Positions 46,326 to 55,584 of a DNA stretch of 64,000 bases are shown piece after piece. Under the pieces are notes generated by a model. The model was not told where the DNA came from and searched no databases. It saw only the letters and a program-made list of their open reading frames with translations. How positions within the stretch are numbered: the first letter of the stretch is position 1; every line of letters begins with the position of its first letter. The stretch comes from Candidatus Methanogaster sp. (GTDB taxonomy: Archaea > Halobacteriota > Methanosarcinia > Methanosarcinales > Methanogasteraceae). The position numbers and the translations under genes were made by a program. The stretch covers positions 950 to 64,949 of the forward strand of contig QBUV01000091.1 of assembly GCA_013572355.1 (NCBI GenBank). Reading direction: 5' to 3'.

Positions 46326-46847
46326 TCAGGTCATCTCAATAACCATTTTTCCTTTCCGCATCGGAACGATCTCGCGTCTTTCGCCCTCAAACGTCCTTGC
46401 AAGTTCGCGCCCTTCCTGTAAGTGGTCGAGAAGCAGTGCCAGCGCAGCCACCTCTGAATGGGGCTGGCTTCCTGCTGCAACATTCAGATCCGCGAGATCG
46501 TAGATGGCTGGAGGTACTTTTTCAGCGCCGACGATGATCATGAGATCGCGGTTTTGCATCTCAGATGCCACATCAGGCAGATTCAAGCCGTACATCGTGA
46601 GGTGCACAACCATGCCGCCCTGCCCCTTCCACTGCTTGATCGCCTCTCTCCAGTTGACACCGATCTCGACAAAGAAGTCCCCGCCCCATGCTCCAGTCAC
46701 GTCATCGATACTCTCCTTGATTTTGGGGTCATCTGCTGCAAGGAGCATCCCGGAAGCACCAAGCGCACGCGCTGTCAAGCCCACATGCGTGGTTATGCGC
46801 TTGTCCCGCACCGGGCGGTGTCCGATCCGCAGTACAACGAGTTTCAT
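46326..46847 (-). CDS. trm56: tRNA (cytidine56-2'-O)-methyltransferase aTrm56
   Basis: MKLVVLRIGHRPVRDKRITTHVGLTARALGA... SPOUT fold. 173 aa. Confidence 0.85.
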   Translation of the reverse strand: MKLVVLRIGHRPVRDKRITTHVGLTARALGASGMLLAADDPKIKESIDDVTGAWGGDFFVEIGVNWREAIKQWKGQGGMVVHLTMYGLNLPDVASEMQNRDLMIIVGAEKVPPAIYDLADLNVAAGSQPHSEVAALALLLDHLQEGRELARTFEGERREIVPMRKGKMVIEMT

Positions 46848-46902
46848 GATTAATTATCTCCTTGTAGGTGGGAAAGGGTTTTGATGCGAAAATGTGAGAT
46901 CA

Positions 46903-46987
46903 CGCCGGGGTTGGGATTCGAACCCAAGTGTTCCAAGGGAACAACAGGTCTCGAGCCTGCCGCGTTAGTCCGCTCTGCCACCCCGGC
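46903..46987 (-). tRNA. tRNA-Ser (anticodon CGA)
   Basis: Reverse complement GCCGGGGTGGCAGAGCGGACTAACGCGGCAGGCTCGAGACCTGTTGTTCCCTTGGAACACTTGGGTTCGAATCCCAACCCCGGCG. Loop CT-CGA-GA, long variable arm. Confidence 0.9.
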
Positions 46988-47116
46988 AACATACAGCATA
47001 TCGGTGCAGGGTGTTACATTACGCTGACGACCATATTTAATGTATATGGTTCAGGTGGGTGGGGTGTGGTCAATCGTTTACAAAAATCTCGAAAACCGGG
47101 GATTCGTTTCCCATTC

Positions 47117-48547
47117 TCACTCCACCACAAGCACCCTGATCAGGTTGGTGGTTCCGGCAACGAAGATCGGCACTCCGGTCGTTAGCACCACCCGGTCCCC
47201 CGCCTTCACGAAGCCAGCATCCATCGCGGATCGCACCGATGCATCCATCGCCTCATCAGTCGTCCCCACCACAGGGATTCTAAGCGGGGTAACGCCCCAT
47301 ACAAGCGCAAGTCTTCGGAATGTCGCCTCGTCCGGTGTTATCGCGATGATCGGAGTTTCCGGGCGGTACATCGAGACGACCGTTGCCGTGCTTCCCGAGT
47401 ACGTGGTGGTGATGATCGCTGCGGCATTCAGATCGCATGCAAGCTGGCAGACGGCGCGCCCGATGCTGCGTTTTATCGAGAGTCCGGTCGCATCGGCGTC
47501 TGCTTCCGTGCGTACTCGCCAGCCAGCAGACTCGGTCGTTCTTGCGATCCGGTCCATCATAACAAGGCTCTCGATCGGATAGTCCCCGATCGTAGTCTCC
47601 CCTGAGAGCATGATCGCATCAGTCCCGTCCAGTATGGCGTTTGCGACATCTGTCGCCTCGGCGCGGGTCGGGATCGCATCATGGATCATCGATTCAAGCA
47701 TCTGGGTGGCTGTGATAACAGGCTTGCCTGATGCATTGGACTCCTTGATGAGCCTCTTCTGTGTAATAGGTACCTCTTCGATCGGAATCTCTACTCCGAG
47801 GTCCCCTCTCGCCACCATGATCCCATCCGCCACCTTCAGTATCTCTGAAAAATTGTCAAGCCCCTTTTTTGTCTCGATTTTGGCAATGACCGGGATATCT
47901 GCCCCCTGCTCATGGATCATCTGCTTGACGCCGGAGATATCAGGCGCCCTTCTCACAAATGAAACCGCGATGTAATCGACATCGTGTCCTATTCCGAAGG
48001 AGAGATCAGTTTTGTCCTTTTCAGTGACGCTCGGTACTGAAAAATGCGCCTCCGGGACGCTTACCCCCCTCTTATCGGTGAGAACGCCTCCGACAATGAC
48101 CTTCGCATCGACACACTCCCCATCAGTACCCGCGACCACCATTCTGATCCTGCCGTCATCGATCAGGATCGTCTGACCCTCTGACACCTCTTTGGCAAAG
48201 AGTGGATACCTCACGCCGATATGACGCGCATCCCCGATTATATCGCTGGAATGGATGGTCAGATCATCTCCAGCGCGTAGAAGGACGCTTCCGCCCTGTA
48301 CCCGGGAAGTCCTGATCTTCGGACCCTGGATATCCAGCATGATGGCGACGGCACGGTTCTGCTCCTGCGAAAGTGCCCGTACTATATGTATCTGTCTCGC
48401 ATGCCACTCATGCGTGCCATGCGACATGTTGAGCCGGCAGACGTCCATGCCGTGTCCGATCAGCTGGCGCAGGGATTCCTCGGATTCAGTGGCTGGTCCG
48501 GTGGTGCAGACGATCTTTGTTCTTCTAAGTGCCATGGTTCTGTGCAA
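47117..48547 (-). CDS. pyk: Pyruvate kinase
   Basis: RRTKIVCTTGPA, NMSHG, MVARGDLGVEIP, ATQMLESM motifs. 476 aa. Confidence 0.95.
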   Translation of the reverse strand: MHRTMALRRTKIVCTTGPATESEESLRQLIGHGMDVCRLNMSHGTHEWHARQIHIVRALSQEQNRAVAIMLDIQGPKIRTSRVQGGSVLLRAGDDLTIHSSDIIGDARHIGVRYPLFAKEVSEGQTILIDDGRIRMVVAGTDGECVDAKVIVGGVLTDKRGVSVPEAHFSVPSVTEKDKTDLSFGIGHDVDYIAVSFVRRAPDISGVKQMIHEQGADIPVIAKIETKKGLDNFSEILKVADGIMVARGDLGVEIPIEEVPITQKRLIKESNASGKPVITATQMLESMIHDAIPTRAEATDVANAILDGTDAIMLSGETTIGDYPIESLVMMDRIARTTESAGWRVRTEADADATGLSIKRSIGRAVCQLACDLNAAAIITTTYSGSTATVVSMYRPETPIIAITPDEATFRRLALVWGVTPLRIPVVGTTDEAMDASVRSAMDAGFVKAGDRVVLTTGVPIFVAGTTNLIRVLVVE

Positions 48548-48832
48548 GTGTAATAGTCCGGATTCCAGTCGGTCAGGAATTTACGTATCATCCCCCAACT
48601 TGGACCCGGTTTACTCTTTTGAGGGGCGGCATATAAGGGTTTTGAGACTGCGGGTTTTGTATAATCGGGGCAATGTTTGAAAATCCGAGTGTTTTCCGCC
48701 GATTTACTCGATTCGCGGCATTCGTGACTGCGAGCACAAGCGAAGCAGCGCCGAAGGCATAAAACCCAACCATGTCTGAGCCCCGGGGTCATTTAATACC
48801 CCTGGCAACTTGACCCCCGCGGCACCAAATAC

Positions 48833-48847
48833 TTTATTTACATATAG
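48833..48847 (+). promoter_or_regulatory. TATA-box-like element upstream of rps13
   Basis: CTTTATTTACATATA is centred about 26 nt upstream of ATG 48866. Confidence 0.4.
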
Positions 48848-48865
48848 CCGCCCAAAAGAACCATA

Positions 48866-49345
48866 ATGACTGACATCGAAGAAACGCCGGAAGAAACGGC
48901 AGAGATAAAACATCTTGTACGTATCGCAAACGCTGATCTGGATGGACACCGGTCGGTTCAGTACGCGCTCACCGGATTAAAGGGCGTTGGTAGGCGGACA
49001 TCAAGGATTCTCACAGACAGTGCCGGGATAGATCCGACATCGATCATAGGGTCACTGGGTGATGCTGAAATCGAAAAACTCAAGCAGGCAATCGCGAATT
49101 TTGAAAGTGCGGTTCCGACATGGATGCTGAATCGAAGGCGGGACTTCCTGACCGGCGAAGATAAACATATCATCGGTGTGAATCTTGGGTTATCTGTGGA
49201 CGAGGATATCAACATCATGAAGAAGACCCGCAGCTACCGCGGAATCCGGCATGAGCGGGGCTTAAGGGTTCGCGGACAGCGGACACGGTCGACAGGGAGA
49301 AGCGGTGCCACGGTTGGCGTCAGCAGGAAACGCATAGTGAAGTAG
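48866..49345 (+). CDS. rps13: 30S ribosomal protein S13 (uS13)
   Basis: [33 protein letters not shown]...[17 protein letters not shown]. Confidence 0.95.
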   Translation: MTDIEETPEETAEIKHLVRIANADLDGHRSVQYALTGLKGVGRRTSRILTDSAGIDPTSIIGSLGDAEIEKLKQAIANFESAVPTWMLNRRRDFLTGEDKHIIGVNLGLSVDEDINIMKKTRSYRGIRHERGLRVRGQRTRSTGRSGATVGVSRKRIVK

Positions 49346-49353
49346 GTGAATTC

Positions 49354-49923
49354 ATGGGACATCCACGCAAATATCATAAAACATACAGCACGCCAAGACA
49401 TCCATGGCGGGCAGAGAAACTCGCATTCGAGAGTGAACTGGTCAAGACTTACGGGCTTCGGAACAAGCGGGAGGTCTGGACTGCTGAGAACATTCTTCGT
49501 AAGTACAGGCGCGCTGCACGCAGATTGCTCGCCGAATCCGCAGCAAAGGGAGAACTTGCCGGACATACGAAAAATGAGGCAGACCAAATCATCGCGCGGT
49601 TGCAGCGTTACGGGGTCCTGAAGACTGATGCGGATCTGGACGCTATATTGAGTCTTGAGATCGGGGATATCCTCGAACGGCGTCTCCAGACACAGGTGTA
49701 CCGGCAGGGGCTTGTGCACAGTATGCGTCAGGCGCGGCAGTTCATCACGCACGGACACGTTTCGATATCCGGGCGCAGAACGACGGTACCGAGTTACACC
49801 GTATCAAAGGAAGAAGAGATGCTGATCGACTATTACAAGAACTCTCCGATTTCGCATGAAATGCACCCTGAGCGCCCGACCAGAGTTAAGGAAGGGGATA
49901 GCATACTGAACAAGGAGGCATGA
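49354..49923 (+). CDS. rps4: 30S ribosomal protein S4 (uS4)
   Basis: [26 protein letters not shown]...S4 RNA-binding domain ([32 protein letters not shown]). Confidence 0.95.
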   Translation: MGHPRKYHKTYSTPRHPWRAEKLAFESELVKTYGLRNKREVWTAENILRKYRRAARRLLAESAAKGELAGHTKNEADQIIARLQRYGVLKTDADLDAILSLEIGDILERRLQTQVYRQGLVHSMRQARQFITHGHVSISGRRTTVPSYTVSKEEEMLIDYYKNSPISHEMHPERPTRVKEGDSILNKEA

Positions 49924-50315
49924 AGATGGCAGAACAGAAATGGGCTGTTGCGAACATACATTCATCGTTTAACAATACACTGATCACGGTCACCGACATG
50001 ACCGGGGCTGAGACTATCGCAAAGTCATCAGGCGGCATGGTCACCAAGGTGGCGCGGGACGAGGGCTCCCCGTACATCGCAATGCAGATCGTTGGTCAGA
50101 TAGTGGATCAATTGAAGGATAAAGGATTTACAGGCGTGCACATCAAGATCAGGGCGCCGGGCGGCAACAAGCAGCGAAGTCCCGGACCGGGCGCGCAGGC
50201 GGCTGTACGTGCTTTCGCGAGAGCCGGAATACGCATCGGAAAGATCGAGGATGTGACACCGCTGGCGCACGACGGCACCATGGCAAAGGGCGGACGGCGT
50301 GGCAGACGAATCTAA
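49920..50315 (+). CDS. rps11: 30S ribosomal protein S11 (uS11)
   Basis: [33 protein letters not shown]...[32 protein letters not shown]. Confidence 0.95.
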   Translation: MKMAEQKWAVANIHSSFNNTLITVTDMTGAETIAKSSGGMVTKVARDEGSPYIAMQIVGQIVDQLKDKGFTGVHIKIRAPGGNKQRSPGPGAQAAVRAFARAGIRIGKIEDVTPLAHDGTMAKGGRRGRRI

Positions 50316-50318
50316 TAT

Positions 50319-50513
50319 TTAGCAGGGCTTGTCAGATCGGCAGCACTGCTTCGCGACCCACGATTCGAGTGCGCGGTTGAACTCATCGGCATCCACGTAA
50401 ATTTTGCCGCAAACCGGGCACTGCGATCCATTTACATCTCTACCGTATCGGTTGAGAGTCGTTGGCACAGTCAGCGCGCCGCATTCACATCGCAGGGTCT
50501 GTGGTTCAGGCAT
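50319..50513 (-). CDS. Small Cys-rich (zinc-ribbon-like) hypothetical protein
   Basis: 64 aa. CEC...(27)...CPVCG plus C-terminal CC..C. Its stop lies 3 nt from the rps11 stop (convergent). Coding status not proven. Confidence 0.4.
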   Translation of the reverse strand: MPEPQTLRCECGALTVPTTLNRYGRDVNGSQCPVCGKIYVDADEFNRALESWVAKQCCRSDKPC

Positions 50514-50648
50514 GGTGATGATATGATGCCGGATACGGGATTAAACTTGCTGTTCATGCTCCGTATCCTGCCATCCCTGATCCGGAGACTGTGTTAGGCC
50601 TGTGCACAGGAGAAGATAAGACGTTTAACGATAGACGCTACCACCATC

Positions 50649-52139
50649 ATGTCCCACTTCGAGATTACACACAAGGACTCAGCAGGCAGGATCGGGCGAT
50701 TGCATACCAAGCACGGGAGAATCGAGACCCCGGCAGTCATGCCTGTGGTAAACCCGAACATACGGATGATACCCGCGTCCGAACTCACAAAATTCGGGGC
50801 AGAGATCGTGATCACCAACGCGTACATCATCTACCAGAACCCTCTACTGAAAGAACATGCGCTGGACCGGGGTGTGCATTCCCTGCTCGATTTCGATGGT
50901 GCGATCATGACCGATTCGGGATCGTACCAGTTGTCAGTGTACCACGACATCGATATCTCTTCAGAGGAGATCGTCCGCTTCCAGCAGATGATCGGCTCTG
51001 ACATCGGTGTGCCGCTTGACATCCCGACGCCGCCTGATGTGTCACACGATCGCGCCGGGTCGGAGATGAAGACGACGCTTGAGCGGTGCGAGGCGGCACA
51101 CCGGCTTATGGGATCAGACGGGCTGGATGGCTCTATGCTCCTCGCAGGCCCCGTGCAGGGATCAACCCATCCCGATCTGCGGTACGAATGTGCACGCTCG
51201 CTCTCTGAGACGGGCTTTGACGTCTACCCGATAGGTGCGGTTGTGCCGCTGCTTGTGAACTACCGGTTCGCTGATATGGTGGATGTGATCGTGGCATCGA
51301 AGAAGGGGCTCTCTCCGGCGGCACCTGTCCATCTCTTTGGCGCAGGGCATCCTGCGATGTTTGCGCTTGCTGTCGCGCTTGGATGCGATCTCTTCGATTC
51401 GGCAGCGTATGCGCTCTATGCGAGGGACGGGCGGTATCTCACCGCTGACGGGACGTATCATCTGGCTGATCTTAAGTATCTCCCATGTTCCTGCCCTGTA
51501 TGCGTATCGCATACCGCAGATGAGTTGAGAGCTGAATTTGCAAGCGGAAATCACATTTCTCTTGCAGAACACAACCTGTATGCGACGTTTGAGGAGATCC
51601 GTCTCATAAAACAGTGCATCATCGAGGGCAACCTCTGGGAACTCGTCGAGCGCAGGTGCAGGGCGCATCCGAGACTGCTCGACGGGCTCAAGCGTGCCAT
51701 CTGTCATACGGACTGGATCGAGAGGTTCGATCCGATCCAGAAGTCGACGTTCTTCTACTGCGGGAGCGAATCCGCATCCCGGGCAGAGGTGCGCAGGTTT
51801 GGTGAGCGGCTCGACCGGTTCGATCTGGACGGAACCGTGCTTATTCGCACACGGAAAGTTGGGGGAGGGGCGGATCGGTTCGATCACGTGCTCAATCTGA
51901 AAGCGCCGTTTGGCGCGTATCCTGTGGAACTTGTCGAGACGTATCCGTTCAATGCAGAGGTGCCTGAGTTGTCAGAACCGGATTACGAGGCGGCTTCGGT
52001 TGCGCTCGGAAATGTGCTTCGCCTGATCAGACTCAATCCCAATGCAAGGTTTACGGTCGTCTGCGAATGGAAGCATCCGCTCCTTGCGGAGATCGGGGCT
52101 TGTCCGAACGTCGGGGAGATTTTATCCGGCAATGAATGA
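50649..52139 (+). CDS. tgtA: Archaeosine tRNA-guanine transglycosylase
   Basis: MSHFEITHKDSAGRIGRLHTKHGRIETPAVMPVVNPN, TDSGSYQ, Zn site CSCPVC..H. 496 aa. Confidence 0.9.
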   Translation: MSHFEITHKDSAGRIGRLHTKHGRIETPAVMPVVNPNIRMIPASELTKFGAEIVITNAYIIYQNPLLKEHALDRGVHSLLDFDGAIMTDSGSYQLSVYHDIDISSEEIVRFQQMIGSDIGVPLDIPTPPDVSHDRAGSEMKTTLERCEAAHRLMGSDGLDGSMLLAGPVQGSTHPDLRYECARSLSETGFDVYPIGAVVPLLVNYRFADMVDVIVASKKGLSPAAPVHLFGAGHPAMFALAVALGCDLFDSAAYALYARDGRYLTADGTYHLADLKYLPCSCPVCVSHTADELRAEFASGNHISLAEHNLYATFEEIRLIKQCIIEGNLWELVERRCRAHPRLLDGLKRAICHTDWIERFDPIQKSTFFYCGSESASRAEVRRFGERLDRFDLDGTVLIRTRKVGGGADRFDHVLNLKAPFGAYPVELVETYPFNAEVPELSEPDYEAASVALGNVLRLIRLNPNARFTVVCEWKHPLLAEIGACPNVGEILSGNE

Positions 52140-52254
52140 TTGCGGGGCATGGGGCATCACCTAAAATCAGCCCCGCCAAGGGTAACTTCACAATCATGGC
52201 CCCCGGTTTGACCCCAATATTTATGATCGATGAGAAGTTTTATACTATGTAAGT

Positions 52255-52788
52255 GTGGGGTTGATGTGTATGAATGAAACCGAGTGCACAAATTCCAGAG
52301 GGCTATCATGCCATGCACTGGTCGCAGCCGTGGCGAAGGTATCGTATCAGCGGTTCCGAGACGCGCGCGTGCTCTTTGACCCGATCATCAGGGAGGCGAC
52401 CCTGATCTGGATGCAGGAGCTGGGCATGGATATGTCGCGCAGGTTTGACCGGCCAGAGGATGCGATCCACCATTTCACCGAGTTCACTCCGGATGTGCAC
52501 GACTTCAGCATAACCACGGCACCGGGTGGCGCTGTCAGGCTTGAGATCGGCAGCACCTGTCCATTTCGGGATGCGTGCCAGATCGTGGATAAAAAAATCG
52601 GGATGATTAAGGGATGTGCCGAGGCGATCGTACTGCTACAGGTGATCGAATGCGTATGCCCGCAGCGCGAGTCCCTCACTTATGACTTCCAGCCGGCACA
52701 TCGGCGGGATCAGGCATGTATAATCCATATAGGCACGGTCGAGCAGATCGTACTGAACCAGGAAAGCCAGGGACTGTATACGGACTGA
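52255..52788 (+). CDS. Hypothetical Cys-containing protein
   Basis: 177-aa ORF with no motif I can assign. Its last about 113 nt overlap the 3' end of sppA on the other strand, so the true extent or reality is uncertain. Confidence 0.35.
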   Translation: MGLMCMNETECTNSRGLSCHALVAAVAKVSYQRFRDARVLFDPIIREATLIWMQELGMDMSRRFDRPEDAIHHFTEFTPDVHDFSITTAPGGAVRLEIGSTCPFRDACQIVDKKIGMIKGCAEAIVLLQVIECVCPQRESLTYDFQPAHRRDQACIIHIGTVEQIVLNQESQGLYTD

Positions 52789-53902
52789 TATCTTCCATAC
52801 TTTCTTCGCCTCCGAATAACAACTGGGAGAGCGATGGTTTGTTCATATACGTGATCGTGGGCTCTCCCGTGATATTTCCGAGTTCTGCTGCTATATCGAT
52901 GGCATCATACATATTACCGGTCTCATCCACCAGACCGAGATCCATAGCCGCCGTACCGGTATATATCCGCCCATCTGACAGGTTCAACACCTCTTCCCGG
53001 GTCATGTTCCTGCCGGCAGCGACATCGTCCACAAACATTGAGAAGACCTCCATCACGACTTCATCGGCATACGCCTGCTCGTCCACAGTCAGGTTTCTCC
53101 AGTCAGCGCCCATGTCCTTAAATTCCCCGGATTTTGCAACCCAGTGCTCAATCCCTTCCTCGTCGTAGTATCCGCTCTTGTTCTCAAAGACCCATATCAC
53201 GCCGATGCTACCTGTGATGGTGCCTGGATTCGCAACGATCCGGTCGGCAGACGCTGAGATATGGTATGCAGCGCTTGCAGCGACATCACCCATCGAGATC
53301 ACCACCGGCTTCGCCTCCTTCGCCTTCTCAATCTCCCTTTTGATCTCCTGCGATGCTGCTACCGAGCCGCCCGGGCTATTTACCCGCAGAACGATCGCTT
53401 TTACATTATCATCATCTGCTGCAAGTCTCAAGTGCTTGCAGACATTTTCTGATGTTGAAACCCCGAATCCATCAGGTATTCCGCCTGTAATCATCATTCC
53501 CTGCACATAGATCACTGCAACCTGATCTTTGTCAGTATAGACGCCGTGCAGATCAACGCCACCAAAGATCACTGCAAGACTCACTCCAATGATCAGGATC
53601 AGCGAAAGCACGATTGCAATGTAAACGAGGAATCCTCTCGATGAACCTCCTTTTGGTGGTGGAGTGGGCGAGACCGGCGAGATGGGGGTCTGCGGAGGCG
53701 GCGAGTGTGGAGGGGGTGTCTGGGGCGTTGGGGATAGCGGCGCGGGAATGGGTCGGGGGGGCATATTGGTGTCGAGGTGTCTATCATCGATCCGACTCTC
53801 TCGATCCGCCCTATCATCGATCGACGCTCCAATCTTCCCGGTTTTATCATCCATGTCCGATTTCTCTGTTTTCGCGCTACCTGTATGCTCCTGCCCTGTC
53901 AT
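52676..53902 (-). CDS. sppA: Signal peptide peptidase SppA (36K type) with Pro-rich N-terminal extension
   Basis: VAVIYVQGMM, NSPGGSVAASQEI, MGDVAASAAYHISASADRIVANPGTITGSIGV (Ser/Lys dyad region). N-terminal PPRPIPAPLSPTPQTPPPHSPPPQTP low-complexity region before the TM helix. Confidence 0.85.
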   Translation of the reverse strand: MTGQEHTGSAKTEKSDMDDKTGKIGASIDDRADRESRIDDRHLDTNMPPRPIPAPLSPTPQTPPPHSPPPQTPISPVSPTPPPKGGSSRGFLVYIAIVLSLILIIGVSLAVIFGGVDLHGVYTDKDQVAVIYVQGMMITGGIPDGFGVSTSENVCKHLRLAADDDNVKAIVLRVNSPGGSVAASQEIKREIEKAKEAKPVVISMGDVAASAAYHISASADRIVANPGTITGSIGVIWVFENKSGYYDEEGIEHWVAKSGEFKDMGADWRNLTVDEQAYADEVVMEVFSMFVDDVAAGRNMTREEVLNLSDGRIYTGTAAMDLGLVDETGNMYDAIDIAAELGNITGEPTITYMNKPSLSQLLFGGEESMEDISPYTVPGFPGSVRSARPCLYGLYMPDPADVPAGSHK

Positions 53903-54077
53903 CGTTGATCTATTGGTTGTGTGGTATTAAAAGCGTTCTGAAAAGTAAAAAGAACCTGTACCATAATATCCACCAAGATCAGGATAGTACCGAAAAGTAC
54001 GGTCGTACCACACACTTCCGCATCCGACATACCACCTTAATATAACACCGTACAATCTATAAGTTACAGCCACACGA

Positions 54078-54150
54078 AGCCCCGTAGGGTAGCGGTCAAG
54101 CCTGCAGGTCCTTGGAACCTGCGACGGCGGTTCAAATCCGCCCGGGGCTA
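54078..54150 (+). tRNA. tRNA-Gln (anticodon UUG) with an atypical anticodon loop
   Basis: AGCCCCGTAGGGTAGCGGTCAAGCCTGCAGGTCCTTGGAACCTGCGACGGCGGTTCAAATCCGCCCGGGGCTA. A1:U72 pair typical of archaeal tRNA-Gln. Anticodon stem CAGGT/ACCTG. Loop CC-TTG-GA, i.e. C where U33 is expected. Confidence 0.8.
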
Positions 54151-54187
54151 TCCACAGGAGAGTGCCACATTGCGTGGTGTCGAATCA

Positions 54188-54279
54188 ATCACGAATGGGC
54201 ACGAATAAACGAATGTCACGAATCGACACTGATAAATTCGTGTTATTCGTCCAAACGTGTGCATTCGTGATAAAAACGG
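54188..54279 (+). repeat. Heptad-hairpin element, locus E (CACGAAT/ATTCGTG arms)
   Basis: ATCACGAAT-ggg-CACGAAT-aa-ACGAAT-gt-CACGAAT-cgacactgataa-ATTCGTG-tt-ATTCGT-ccaaacgtgtgc-ATTCGTGATAAAAACGG. The outer 9 bp are perfect. Confidence 0.7.
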
Positions 54280-54286
54280 TCATGTA

Positions 54287-54299
54287 AAATATTTAAAAC
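54287..54299 (+). promoter_or_regulatory. TATA-box-like element upstream of mch
   Basis: AAAATATTTAAAA lies about 85-95 nt upstream of ATG 54383. Confidence 0.3.
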
Positions 54300-54382
54300 C
54301 GTAGTAACACCAGATGACGTGACACCTCATCCAAGCGATATGATTATATGATTGTACTGTATAATATCGCGGAGTGACTGAT

Positions 54383-55333
54383 ATGCTATCTGTGAACGAG
54401 ACTGCACTGGACATCGTGGAGGAGATGATCGACTTAAGCGAGGAGTTTAAGATCAAAGCGCATACGCTTGACAATGGCGCTACGATCATCGATTGTGGTG
54501 TCGAGGTAGCAGGGAGTTATGAAGCCGGGCTTGCATTTACTGATGCGTGCATGGGCGGGCTTGGGACTGCAACACTTCGTGTGCGAAGCGTCGGTAACGT
54601 GCCGCTTGCATTCGTTGATGTCGTTACTGATCATCCCTGCATCGCATCTCTCGGCGCACAGACCGCAGGCTGGCAGATCTGTGTCGGGAAGTATGTTGCG
54701 ATGGGTTCGGGACCTGCGCGTGCGCTTTCGCAGACGCCGGCAGCACTCTTTGAGAGGATCGCATATCATGACGATGCCGACTGCGCGGTCATCGTGCTCG
54801 AATCGAACAAACTGCCAGACGATGAGGTTATGCAGTTCATCGCTGATAGCTGCGGGGTTGCTACCTCGGATGTCTTTGCACTGGTTGCGCCGACAGCGTG
54901 CATCGTTGGGTCGGTGCAGGTATCAGGGCGCGTGATCGAGACTGCGATCCGCAGGCTGGATGATCTCGGATTTGATACGAGAAAGATAGAGCGTGCAGTA
55001 GGAACCGCGCCGATCGCTCCGGTGATGCTTGACGAGATGCGTGCGATAGGCGCGACAAACGACAGCATAATCTACTACGGATCGGTGGTGCTTGCCACCA
55101 GGGGATTTGAGGAGGAGATCTTCAAACAGGTGCCTGCCAGGACCTCGCAGGACTATGGCAAGCCGTTTTACAAGACATTTGAGTGCGCAGGATACGACTT
55201 TTCCAGGATCGAGATGGACATATTTGCGCCAGCCGAGATCACGGTCAACGATCTCGATACCGGAAAGACATACCACACCGGGTATCCGAGCGAGGAAGTA
55301 ATACTCGAATCGTACGAAATTAGCGGAATTTAA
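54383..55333 (+). CDS. mch: Methenyltetrahydromethanopterin cyclohydrolase
   Basis: MLSVNETALDIVEEMIDLSEEFKIKAHTLDNGATIIDCGV... about 316 aa. The listed ORF begins at GTG 54374; ATG 54383 is preferred. Confidence 0.9.
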   Translation: MLSVNETALDIVEEMIDLSEEFKIKAHTLDNGATIIDCGVEVAGSYEAGLAFTDACMGGLGTATLRVRSVGNVPLAFVDVVTDHPCIASLGAQTAGWQICVGKYVAMGSGPARALSQTPAALFERIAYHDDADCAVIVLESNKLPDDEVMQFIADSCGVATSDVFALVAPTACIVGSVQVSGRVIETAIRRLDDLGFDTRKIERAVGTAPIAPVMLDEMRAIGATNDSIIYYGSVVLATRGFEEEIFKQVPARTSQDYGKPFYKTFECAGYDFSRIEMDIFAPAEITVNDLDTGKTYHTGYPSEEVILESYEISGI

Positions 55334-55349
55334 TTAAAGAGGAGTTATC

Positions 55350-55571
55350 TTGTTTCCAACAAAGAAAGTTCAGAGCATGATCGGGTCCAGAGTACAGGTT
55401 GAGATGAAAGGCGATGTGCACCTTCTCGAGGGCGAACTCGAGAGCGTGGACGACTACCTGAATCTGCATCTGCTGGATACTGTGGAGATTGCTGACGGAG
55501 AGCGGATTCGTTCTCTCGGATCGGTCGTCCTTCGTGGCAATAACATCATTCTAATCGTCCCGGTCGAATAA
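55350..55571 (+). CDS. Sm-like (LSm) archaeal protein
   Basis: IGSRVQVEMKGDVHLLEGELESVDDYLNLHLLDTVEI...GSVVLRGNNIILIVP = Sm1/Sm2 motifs. Start is either TTG 55350 or ATG 55377. Confidence 0.8.
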   Translation: MFPTKKVQSMIGSRVQVEMKGDVHLLEGELESVDDYLNLHLLDTVEIADGERIRSLGSVVLRGNNIILIVPVE

Positions 55572-55584
55572 AAACGGAGATCGT

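Noticed and set aside
48665-48760. Possible extra, degenerate heptad-hairpin copies. Here on the minus strand: CACGAAT-gcc-GCGAAT..CTCGGATTTTCAAACATTGCCCC. Also at 6557..6595 (CGCAGAG..CTCTGTG) and 61449..61530 (left arm only).
   Set aside because: Each has only one short helix or a single arm and a poorly matching tail. They are too weak to count as family members without a statistical model.
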